Shown here piece by piece: positions 53,697 to 64,000 of a stretch of 64,000 nucleotides of DNA (its first letter is position 1; every line of letters begins with the position of its first letter). A program made the translations under genes and the position numbers. The notes beneath the pieces are model-generated. The model made no database searches and had not been told where the DNA came from. It was given only the letters and a program-made list of their open reading frames with translations. Source of the stretch: Lingula anatina (taxonomy: Eukaryota > Animalia > Brachiopoda); assembly GCA_051362555.1 (NCBI GenBank), contig CM120643.1, positions 10,106,001 to 10,170,000 of the forward strand, given 5' to 3'.

Positions 53697-55418
53697 ATCT
53701 TCCCTGTGTACTAAGCAAACAGTACATTGCTATGATTGATCCCTACAGAGAATATTTCCAACCAAAGGCAGCTGAAAAATGGCGTCTTAAAGATATAGCA
53801 GGCTTTCACCAACAGTACAAACCATTTCTTGGTGTATTTGATTGTTCTGCTGAAACATTTCAAGGGAACTCCTATAATGGTACCTTGTTCCGTTTCCCTC
53901 TTCGTAATGCTGGTCATGTTCAACATCGTCATGCTCAACCCATAAGCAGCAATGTGTATGATGGGGACAGTATCAAAGAACTATTTGAAGCCTTCCAAGA
54001 GGAGGCGCTCCTGGTGTTACTTTTCCTTAGGTCTGTTGAAAGGATTGAGATGTACAGACGAGATCATAAGGAAACCAAGTTGCTATTTGCTGTAGAAATA
54101 AGTAACATTGAAGATGTCAAGAATAAGAGGCAACAGTTCAATAGCAAGTTACCAGATTATTTGAAAAGCTTACGAGATAGCAATAAAGAACTAATTCCCT
54201 TGAGAGAGACATATCCCATAATTCTGAAGGCTGAAAACCATCAGAATAAACAGAAAAATGAACAGACCTATTTGGTCACCTCTTTTTGTAGTGGTACCAT
54301 AAAGTCTCAGGAATTTGTGAAAAAACCAGACTGTGTGAAGAACATCCCATTGGTAGGTATTGCAATGCCTTTGATGTTGAACAATCCCCAAGAGGGGGTG
54401 CTAGTTTCAGATTCTGATCATAAGACCAATGATGAGAATTTAACTGCTAGAGAAGATTCACCAAATTGCCCAGATCCAGTAGGAAGATTTCACAGTCAAG
54501 CAATAAGTCATTGTGCATTGCCACACAGAAATGCTCCAAGTGTTGAGAAGAAGACATCTGGCCATGTGTTTTGCTCACTTCCATTACCTCTGGCTGATAG
54601 TCGAGGCACAGGTCTCCCAGTTCATGTGAATGGCTTCTTTGAACTCACCCCAGAGAGAAGTGACTTACAGTGGCCCACCACAGATGACAAGCACACACAG
54701 GACAAGTCCAAGGCTTGGAACCATCACTTGCTGGTGGACGTCCTTCCCTGTGCATATAAGGAGCTTCTTTTTCAAGCTACAAAGGATCAAGGTATCCCTA
54801 TCTCTCCTGAGCAGGTTATTAGCTGCTTCCCAGATGAGGAAAAGGTGGATGAAAAGTGGAAGAAGATAATGCCTAAAGTCTATGCACATCTCTTTCAGTG
54901 TAACATGTTTTACACTAAGGCCTATGGTGGCAAGTGGATCTCTCTTGATGATGCTTTAATTGTTAATTTTCTAGACAATTCAGCCCTGTGTGAGGCAGTA
55001 TATGAAATCATGCTGTTAACAGGGCACTGTCCTCTCAAACTTCCACCATGTGTGCTTGATGCTATCCAGGACTTTCACCCTGAAAAAGACCGATTGAATT
55101 TCGTCTCTAAAGATGTCAACCACAAGCTTGTGAAAGATTGTCTGGCCAGTCACGATGGTTATTGCAAGTTCCCACCCAATCAGAAGTTTGAACTGCTGAG
55201 GTATCTACTTGATAATCTGCCAGTTGTTAAACTCCATGGTTTGAAACTTTTGCCTTTGGCTGATGGCACATTTACAACATTCTCTTCAAAACAAGGATCT
55301 CAGCCTGTATACATAGCTGCAAATGACATGATACAACTATTTGCTGGACTTGAAAAAAGGTTCCTGCATTCCAGTGATGAAATCATCAAAGAAAAATTGA
55401 TACAATCAGTCAAACAAG
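53697..55418 (+). CDS. Sacsin-like gene B, coding exon 4 (gene presumably continues beyond window)
   Basis: Open frame DLPCVLSKQYIAMIDPY...; 1722 nt (one codon longer than in gene A), phase 1/1, donor CAAG|GTGAGT; no homolog of exon 5 seen before 64000. Confidence 0.92.
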
Positions 55419-55556
55419 GTGAGTTGTAGGGATAAAGTAAATATTTGATCTCATGGACAAAATGTCTGAATGCCCTCTATTGACCTACTTAACATCGGCT
55501 TTAAAAACACACACAGAGTCGGGCAAATTGACCTTTATTTCCCAGAATCTAGAACA

Positions 55557-56080
55557 CTATAAATAAGTAGAACAGACAAACTCAATATTAATAGATTGTA
55601 TCACTGTCACATTGCTTACTCGAAGAAGTCCAAAGAAAGCACAAAGGCAAGCGGCCCATTGTTGTAGGTCCTGCAAGTTGCTGAGGTTGAATGTGCCATG
55701 GAGTTTATAAAGGTGCTCTGGAAGTAGCGGCAGTTTTTGGTTCCCTTGATCTCCCTTGTGTCGTCTTATTCCCCCTAGGATGGTCTTAAGCTCCCATGAT
55801 GTAAGGGGATTGCCTAGGCCAAACTCCATGTGCAGTATCCTGATGATGTTTAGGTATTGACGGACTGTCGAGACAGCACAAGAGCGTGCCAGAAAGGCAG
55901 CATAGCGGCACACGTTCTTACTTGACACCGGGAGTGGTGCACAGTTAATGGCATTGCAGAAGTTAATGTATGAATTAAGGTGTGTTCTGTAAGTCACTTT
56001 TGTGGATGTAGCGAATAGCTGAGACTTCCAAAAGGCAACTTCTTGGTCTAGTTCTCTACATAGCTTCGTGGCAGTATTCC
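55557..56080 (-). pseudogene. Tyrosine recombinase ORF3, truncated just after the first catalytic Arg
   Basis: STKVTYRTHLNSYINFC, STVRQYL..IR..H, KLPL, AFFGLLRVSN; similarity ends near 55605; no in-frame ATG between the upstream stop and the conserved N-terminus. Confidence 0.85.
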
Positions 56081-57702
56081 CTGTGAATACAGAAACATAA
56101 GTGAATGAGCAGTCATGTGGTAATTAAGGTGGTATGCGGGTGGTAATATATTTAGGCATGAGTACCACAGATTTATCAGGTCAGTTAATTGGCAGGCTTT
56201 TCCTGGCTCATGTAAACGCGAGATTGTATCAGCAAGGACATTGTCCGTCCCCGTTATATGAGACGCTTCCAACGCAAAGTTCCAATGAGAGCCAGGCTTG
56301 ATAGCTCTTTTAAAAGATTATTACACATGACGTTGGGCGAGGCCCCTTTGTTTATGATGTCCATAGCCACTTTGCTATCTGTATGAATAACAACACGCTT
56401 GTTCTTCCATGTCACTCCCCATCTATGCGCTGCCAGGACTACAGCTGCGAGTTCCTGGACGTTAATATGCTGAACGCTCAGAACTGGGCTGTCTGAAAGC
56501 CAGTTGGTATAGAACCAATCCCCGTAGTGGAAAGCTCCCCCTGCGGTGCTACTAGAGTCTGTGTAAACATGTACTTGCTCGCGCATGTCCCATATCAGAC
56601 GCGTATTGTTTCCCATTCGTAACCACACAAGCCACCAGTGTATTTCATTGTGAATGTCCTTCACTCGGCATTTGTGCGATGGTTGCTTAAGTTCTCTAAT
56701 CTTATTAAAAATTTGACGTAGGTGGGTCTTACCCCATGGAATCACATTGGCTGCCCACGACAGTCTGCCCGCCAATGATTCCAGCTGCCTTCTGGTAGCA
56801 CGTGTACGGAGACTGAAAGAACTTAATATCTGGCAAAGTTCCTCCACTTTTCCCTTCTCAAGTGAAAGTGTACCTTGCGTTGTATCAATCACTGTACCCA
56901 GAAAGGTCAGTTTGGTAGTAGGGTCAACAGCCTTTTTCCAATTAATTCTGAAGCCCAGCTGCCGGAGAAGGGCGATGAGCTCATTATACGTAGTAAAACA
57001 CTCTTCACGAGTCTTACCCACCACTAAAAAGTCATCCAGATACACCACCAGTTTGTGTCCCCGCTTTTCCATTATCCTTTTCACAGCCTGGGTGATGCGA
57101 TGGAAAATCATAGGTGATTTCCTGGCTCCGAACAGGAGTCTAGTGTCTGCTAACACTTGTTCTGCCGGTGACCCTTGAAAATGCCACTGAAGGCCTGTGA
57201 GGCAGTACTGCGAAGGGTGGAGTGGCACTGAGCGATATGAAGAATGGAGATCAATTTTTGAGAGGAAATAGCCAGGCTTGATAAGAGATAGCGCATTTTC
57301 TAGTTTCTCACACTGGAAAGGTAGCTTTGAAGCATAGTCATTTACCGCATTTCCTGTTGGCCGACTGTAATCATGGATTACGCGCACTCCTCCGTCTGGC
57401 TTAGGTACGGCTGATAACGCACTAATAACTCTTGGAGAAATGTGTGGCTTAAGCAAATGTCCCTCTTGTAGTTCAGAAAGGAGTTGTTCCTCAACTTTGG
57501 ACTTAAAGTCTGGGTGCAGCGCTGATTTGCTGTTTTTGGTTTTTGCTGGTGCTATGTTATCCGCCTTTATATCGTCTACAATTTTAAAACCCGTCTCTAT
57601 GCCCCCTATTACGAAGTCATAATCATAATCCCCTCTCATAAGTTCTTTCCATGTCTTTATGTTATTGGTTAGTGGGGATACTGTGGGGGAATCCCCGGGC
57701 AT
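56048..57702 (-). pseudogene. RT/RNase H ORF2 of Ngaro-like element with a 1-nt frameshift near 56285
   Basis: KIDLHSSYR, FGARKSP, VYLDDFL (RT); YTDSS, INVQEL, HTDS (RNase H); RNase H end HITGTDNVLADTISR lies in a different frame (ORF 56048..56272). Confidence 0.9.
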
Positions 57703-57705
57703 CTG

Positions 57706-58818
57706 TCAGTAGTCCTTATGCTGCTGTAAGCCTGGCTGCTGTTGTGATTGCTTATGAGTAAAGTCTCCATGCCCAGATGTAAGACAGGTGCTGCAGATGT
57801 GGGAAAATTTACAGTTCCTGATATTGCAGCCCAGCCGTCCATTAAACTTGAGGCAAACTGGGCGGCCTGTAGAGGGGTCCGATTTACTTTGCCTTTGTTG
57901 TCTTTGGGGGCGAGTTGGTTGGTCGGCTTTTACTGATTTCAACAGCAATTGCATTAGAAAAACACTGTCAGTGCCCCACTGAAACCCCTGTGTAGCCTGG
58001 GCTTTCCTGTATTCCATATCATAACGTAGCACCGACTGCCATTCGAATGCTTGTGCCATGCAAGTGATCTTGGTGATGTAGTTAACGTAACTCGCTACAG
58101 TTGCCAAGTCTATGCCCTCTTTCACTATCAATTCTGTGAGGATCTTCATGCTGGCCTCGGTGTACTGCATGGGCGTTATGCTCTCTAAGGGGGGACGTCT
58201 GTCGCTGAGGGAAACATTGAAGTCGCCAATCCTCACGGTCGCGCTGTCGTTTTTGCTAGTGTTGTACTGCTGTTTAAACATAATAAAGTCCCGGACGTCA
58301 TAATGGCGTTTTGCGGGGTTAGAAGCACCCAGGGAATCAAATGGGTCAAAGGTGCTCTTACCTTGAGGAGGTGTTGATTCCTTAAGAACTCCCTCGGTCG
58401 TCTTGGTTCCCAAAAGTTGACATAATTTCGCGTAGTCTAATTCTCCCTCGATTGCAGTGGGCGCCGCCATGTTTGTGACGTCACATCCTGTCTCCGAGGA
58501 AGATGGCGGCTGCGCTTCCGGTCCTCTGCTGCTGCCTGCCCTGGCTCCGTCCGTCTCGCAAGGAGGGTCCACTGCAGCGTCGGCGACAGGCCTTGCTGCA
58601 GTTGGTTTCGTACTCACATCTGTGTTTAGTGATGAAACTGCTTCCTGCAATAGCAGCAGCTGCCCTAGCGGTAGCGTCTTGCCGAAAGTTTTGTGGATCA
58701 ACGTGTCCGTCAGCATCTTGCAGGATCTCGTTGAAGTGAATCCTGCTTCGCTCAGAATGGTCATTGTCTGATCGCTGAGTTCGAACTCGTTTCTCCAAGC
58801 CTGGAACTCCTCGCCCAT
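57706..58818 (-). CDS. Gag-like ORF1 of Ngaro-like element (SAM-like N-terminus, C-terminal Cys/His finger)
   Basis: 370 aa; W..VLRYD..YR motif; CLKFNGRLGCNIRNCKFSHICSTC...H zinc finger. Confidence 0.8.
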   Translation of the reverse strand: MGEEFQAWRNEFELSDQTMTILSEAGFTSTRSCKMLTDTLIHKTFGKTLPLGQLLLLQEAVSSLNTDVSTKPTAARPVADAAVDPPCETDGARAGSSRGPEAQPPSSSETGCDVTNMAAPTAIEGELDYAKLCQLLGTKTTEGVLKESTPPQGKSTFDPFDSLGASNPAKRHYDVRDFIMFKQQYNTSKNDSATVRIGDFNVSLSDRRPPLESITPMQYTEASMKILTELIVKEGIDLATVASYVNYITKITCMAQAFEWQSVLRYDMEYRKAQATQGFQWGTDSVFLMQLLLKSVKADQPTRPQRQQRQSKSDPSTGRPVCLKFNGRLGCNIRNCKFSHICSTCLTSGHGDFTHKQSQQQPGLQQHKDY

Positions 58819-60093
58819 GGTGCCGCCGTAGTAGATGTAGTAAAACGAGTATTTAATGAGAGCAAAGCAGAATAGGCTTAAACAGCAAGGTCGGTGTGCT
58901 AACGCTAAAAATTATGCACGTTTCAGCTGGCGGCGCTAAACAAAGACTGCCCCAGGAGTGAAAAATTAATAGGGCCTACAAAGTTAAGCTGAATGACCAT
59001 TGGCCACGCTACCGGATGTTTTTCACGTGGCCTAGTTACTTAGAGCTGATAGGACAAAATTGTTTTTCACATGACTAGTAACAACCCTGGGAAACAAAGG
59101 CCAGCTGCAGGCACCTTCCCTGTGTGTGCTTTTAAATACTCCTTATTCTAAGGGGGCACAAGACCTACAGCTAAGTGAGTTTACTGTAAATGTATATAAA
59201 TATGTTAGTATGTATATATTGAGAGGGTTTTACTGGAAATAACAAACAAAATACCACTTTCACATCCTCAATAAGTTCCAGTTTGTAAAAGCTGCACTTA
59301 CGACCCTCAGTAATGGCCTGCTTTTTATGTATCGAAACAGATGTGTCTGGGGTTGTTGCTGCTGTTGCCGTGCCCTTTCAGATAGACCATGATTTGACCT
59401 TTTTTGTTCAAACTTACAGAAGTGAATATTAAAAAGAAATATAGGTTAACTTTAAAAATCAGCTTGATCGGACCTTTTTTCAAAAGTAATGCTTTTTTAA
59501 ATTATTTTTAATTTTTTTAATTTTATTTATTTTTTTTTTTACAATGTATGAATAAACAGTACACTATATTCAATATAGATAACACATTTGAAAGAAATCT
59601 GACAAGCCTATTGTTTTCACACTTACCGGAGTGTCACTACTGTAACTAAAATACAGGTCAAGTTTGAAAATTAGCTTGATTGGGCCATTTTCCTTGAAGT
59701 TTGGCTGTTTTGGGTGTTTTTAAGCATATATTATACTATGTGAAATTCCGAAAACACATTTCAAGGAGAAATGGTTATGTGCCATGACTTTTAAACAGCT
59801 CCTAAATTTTGAACGATCTTAAAATCAGCTGTCTGGAGTTTTTTATGGACCATGAATTTTGACCAGTAAGTAATTTTGCACGATCTTGATTTTCGTGAAT
59901 TTCGTATACCTTAAAAATTGGCCATCAGGCCACATAACGATCTAAACATAAAGATCTAAAAGTCAGCAATGTTGCCCTAGCGTTCCTTTCCCTGAATACT
60001 CTGTGTGCAGCCCAAGGTGCAATAAAACAATTGGTATAGCTAGCTTAGGACTTGAAACAACATCATCATCACCATTCATTAAGATAACAGGAG

Positions 60094-63000
60094 CAGACAT
60101 GCTGAATTAGGCAGTCGGGCTGACAATATTCTTAAAATTTTAGTGTATTTCGGCCCAATTTGGCCGGCAATAATTTCTGACTCACCTAGTACGGTTATAA
60201 ATTTTTCAAAAATCTTCCACCCAGTATGTTTATTAACTACCTATCGTACCGGTGGGAAATTATACAAGTCACACTTTTTATTTTCTTAAATTGAAGTATA
60301 ATGAGAAGAAAATTCGAGATCTTAACTCGTTACCTACTGTTCGACAAACAGCACTGAAAAGTAGGTCAAGCAGAAGTCGCTCTCTGAACACTGCGATACA
60401 TGCGTTGTCTGATTTCAGTTTCTATAAATAAACGTGCTTTCCCCTCAACAGTGACAACTACTCATGTATATCGCTTGAATGATGTCATGTCGCAAGGTGA
60501 TAGGATCTTATTTATAGCTAACGAGGTCATTTCAAGTGCAGCAAAGAAGTTTTGTCTGTTTTCAAACGTCAATTATTTCATGCGGATTTATGATTTAAAC
60601 AATGTTAAATTACACTTATATGTAAGATAAACCCTTAGGAGTTTACAGGTACTCGGTATGCAAAACAAACCTTATATCTGAGAATAAATTTACTTTGAAT
60701 AACGTCACCTAACAGCGTATAGCTATCGGAGGCGGCTTTGGTGTGTCTTCGGACCCTGACGATTATGAAATTGATCTCGTATCCGTGGATGCTGTTCACA
60801 CAAATGTATTAATATTATTTTCATCATGACATTAGGCGGTGACAAAAATGACATTTTGATACATTATTCAGAATGTATGGCAATTTTTTTTTTTTAATAA
60901 ATTAGATATCCTCCCAGCGGGCAAATTATGTTGTTTTAACGTTGAAACAACGTTGAACCATAACGTTGAGTAGACATTGAATAAACGTTGGATTTGAAAG
61001 TTGTGTCAACCTCAGATAACAACGTTGTATCAACGTCAGAAAACAATGTTATATCAACCCCACCCAGCGGGACATTAGCCTGGATGTGTTTAGCAGTAGG
61101 ACATGTTTGATGGCTAAATATATGTAGGGTATAAATGTATGGCCTTTAAGTTAGAATTTCCAAGATTTAGATTAATATATATATAGTTCGTTTCTTATAT
61201 ATGTATAAATACATATATATATATGTATTGTTGTAGTTATCTTCTTATATATATATATATATATATAACAAAGTCACAGTCATCTCAACCTATCTATAAC
61301 AGGTTACCAAGAACTGTTAACTCCATCACATTTACAGCAACTTATTCATCCTAGTGTTAGCTGACCTTGCAAGCAATTCAGTTTATTGTACCACCAGCGT
61401 AAGCGCTGGTGGTACACATGGTTTTAGTCCTGTCCGGATCGTTCCGCCGGCTCTGCCGGACGGCTACCGTTACCGCTTCTCCTCCTAGACGGTAAGGGCC
61501 CCCGTACTCATCTCTTGGATTTAGGTCACCTATAATCTCAACTCGTTCCACGTAAAATTCGGGCTTTGTCGGTATTCGGGTCTAGGTGTGGCACTCATTG
61601 CAATGCACCCTTGTCTAAAAATGGCAAAATTAAATGCTAATTATCTACCCTACGGAAGGAATTATGGGAAAATTTTCTACAGACGGCTTTCCAAAAGTCA
61701 TATGTGTAGATTTCAAGTATGCCCTTGGATTTGACCTTTGACCTTTTTTTCAAGGTCAAATGGGCCAAAATTTTCAAAAAAATGATTTTTTTTATGAAAA
61801 AAAAATTATTTGCCCTGTTATTCAGACACCACACAGACTTAACCAATAATATTATTGGAAAGTGTTACCCTTCAGGTCATCTTTCATCTCCGTGAATTTG
61901 GGGTCAATCGGTGCATTTTCACAGGAGTAGCGGCCATAAGATACCGAAACTGAAAACTGTCTCTAATTCGGGAACTGTTAATGCTAGAGACCCATTCTTT
62001 TTTACATTTTGTAGAGCATGTAAAGCCCAACACTTGAGGTGGTCTCCGTTTTTTGTATTCCATACGGTTTTCGAGTTACGCTGTATCAAAAAGTACATAT
62101 TGGTGGTGAAAGCAAAATGTACAGTACGGTAATGGATAATCAATTTTGAACTCCAGAAAAATAAAACATAAGGCTTGGCAAAGCAGACAACTTGTGGTCA
62201 AAAATGACATTATTTCATCAAATTTGAACTTCTGGAACTTCAGAGCACCTCCCTTTTCAAGAATTTTGACCAAAATGACCTTTTCTTAATTTAAATTAAT
62301 TTTTTCTGTAGGAAATTTATGGCACATTATGGTAACTCCAAAATTATAACATTTAGTCCCTTATATCTCCAAAACTGGCAGAGATAGGTCCATAGTTACT
62401 ATTGAAGTTGAATAGGAAGTCATATACTGGCAATCTAAATGTGACCTTGAAATTGACCTTTGACCTACTTTTCACCATGAACTTAACTTTGCAAATTTTG
62501 CTTCCCTTTTATCTCCAAAACTGGCAGAGATAGGTCCATAGTTACTATTGAACTTGAATAGGAAGTCATATACTGGCAATCTAAATGTGACCTTGAAATT
62601 GACCTTTGACCTACTTTTCACCATGAATTGAACTTTGCAAATTTTGCTTCCCTTTTATCTCCAACACTGGCAGAGATAGGTCCATAGTTACTATTGAACT
62701 TGAATGGGAAGTCATACTGGCAATCTAAATGTGACCTTGAAATTGACCTTTGACCTACTTATTATCATGAACTGAACTCTGCTGATTTCTTTCTCTTTTA
62801 CCTCCAAACCTGGCAGAGATAGGTCCATAGTTACTATTAAAGTTGAATAGGAAGTCATATACTGGCAATTTACTGTGACCTTGAAATTGACCTTTGACCT
62901 ACCTTGCGATGAACTAAACTTTGATTGTACCATTTTTAGTTATATATTTTTTTTGCATATTTTGAAAATTCTTGTTGATTGCATTTTTACAGCTTGTCAA

Positions 63001-63715
63001 GCACTAGACTGGTGGCTGTGTCCCTTATTTTGTGTATGTGGGGGTCTATACGAATGCGCTTACTCCAGCTGGTGGTACAATATTCGGAGGCGGTAATGCC
63101 TCTCTGATCCTCTAGTTAAATATTAAGATTTTTTCCACCCAGTACTTTTATTCCATCAGTACTTTTATTCGATACTTCAGAGTAATACAATTTACTGTCA
63201 AGCTCTATATAATGCAAGTTAAAGTCATGTGTAGGTTGGGATAATTTGACATTTTGTCTAAAACTGCTGTAAGAAACTCAAAACTTGGAAAAGTGCTCTT
63301 GGGTAGTTTAGACGGATGATTTAGCTCGGGTAAGGCCTGGTTTAAGGTTAGTCTAGGAAAATTGCAGTTTACCTATGGAAAATTTGTTTTCTGAGAGTTT
63401 TGATGCCTTTTTGGCCCTTAGTTTACCTTTAAGTCATATATTACCCAGATGTTATCTGAGCAGTAAAATGTCTCTTCAATAAAAGATCTATTCAAAGATG
63501 CAGTTTTTTTTATTTTTAATCACCTAACTGCTACTCAACTGTCCTTTTAAAGTGTATAAAGCAGAAGTTAAAAGTGCACAGTTTTTACGCAAAATAGGGT
63601 AAATATACAATTTAATCAGAAAAACATTTGGGCCGGCAATATCTTGTCCGGGCCTGCAATATTCAGATCTATTAGGCCAATTGGCCTGCATTGCCCTCAG
63701 TTTTCAGCATGTCTG
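60094..63715. mobile_element. hAT-like element, TIR CAGACATGCTGAA, 6-bp TSD CAGGAG, hosting several insertions
   Basis: Perfect 13-bp TIR and exact TSD. Confidence 0.78.
61386..63117 (+). mobile_element. DINE-1/HINE-like element copy 3 with about 3.7 monomers
   Basis: Same termini and unique arms as copies 1 and 2. Confidence 0.85.
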
Positions 63716-64000
63716 CAGGAGTGTAAGAAAATCTACTTGTGCTTCATGTTTGATAAGCAAATCATTCACCATTATGTTGCAAACTTGAAAAGAGTGATTT
63801 ACATAGCTTGTTATCCCTTGCATACAAAATTACTTCAGCTACATTTGAAAATTGTGCAACAGCAGTCTTTCACAATTTACTGTTCGTAAATCAGTTAGCA
63901 CTTGCCATGACACTCATCTTGTTGTTTGGTGGGTCTCAACCTTAGTATTGGATAATGTGCCGTGAATAAATTATAGAGAAGAAATTGATTATAAAAATAA

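Larger units (their letters stand above)
55605..59180 (-). mobile_element. Tyrosine-recombinase retrotransposon (DIRS order, Ngaro-like), 3'-truncated, antisense in intron 4 of gene B
   Basis: Gene order gag, RT/RNase H, YR; no methyltransferase seen; outer boundaries approximate. Confidence 0.88.

Overview
AT-rich, intron-containing eukaryotic DNA, most consistent with an invertebrate animal (lophotrochozoan-like repeat content; species cannot be determined from sequence). The window holds two sacsin-like genes arranged head-to-head, with start codons about 22 kb apart. Gene A (minus strand) appears complete: 5 coding exons, 21310 down to 1036, about 4311 aa, including a 10.8 kb terminal exon. 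It has three intact Hsp90/GHKL-type sacsin repeats but no N-terminal UBL and no C-terminal J/HEPN domain in the window. Gene B (plus strand) has four homologous exons at 43386-55418; its giant exon presumably lies beyond the window. The exons of A and B are very similar, while their introns are largely unrelated and filled with nested transposons: a Ngaro/DIRS-type tyrosine-recombinase retrotransposon (with a predicted in-frame spliced Gag-YR fusion), three DINE-1/HINE-like Helentron derivatives carrying a 146-bp satellite, L2/CR1-group LINE fragments, Kolobok-like, Harbinger-like, MULE-like and hAT-like elements (5/6/7-bp TSDs), and an AcademH-like mini-element with a RecQ helicase remnant. 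All assignments come from reading the sequence and from motif knowledge; no database searches were run.
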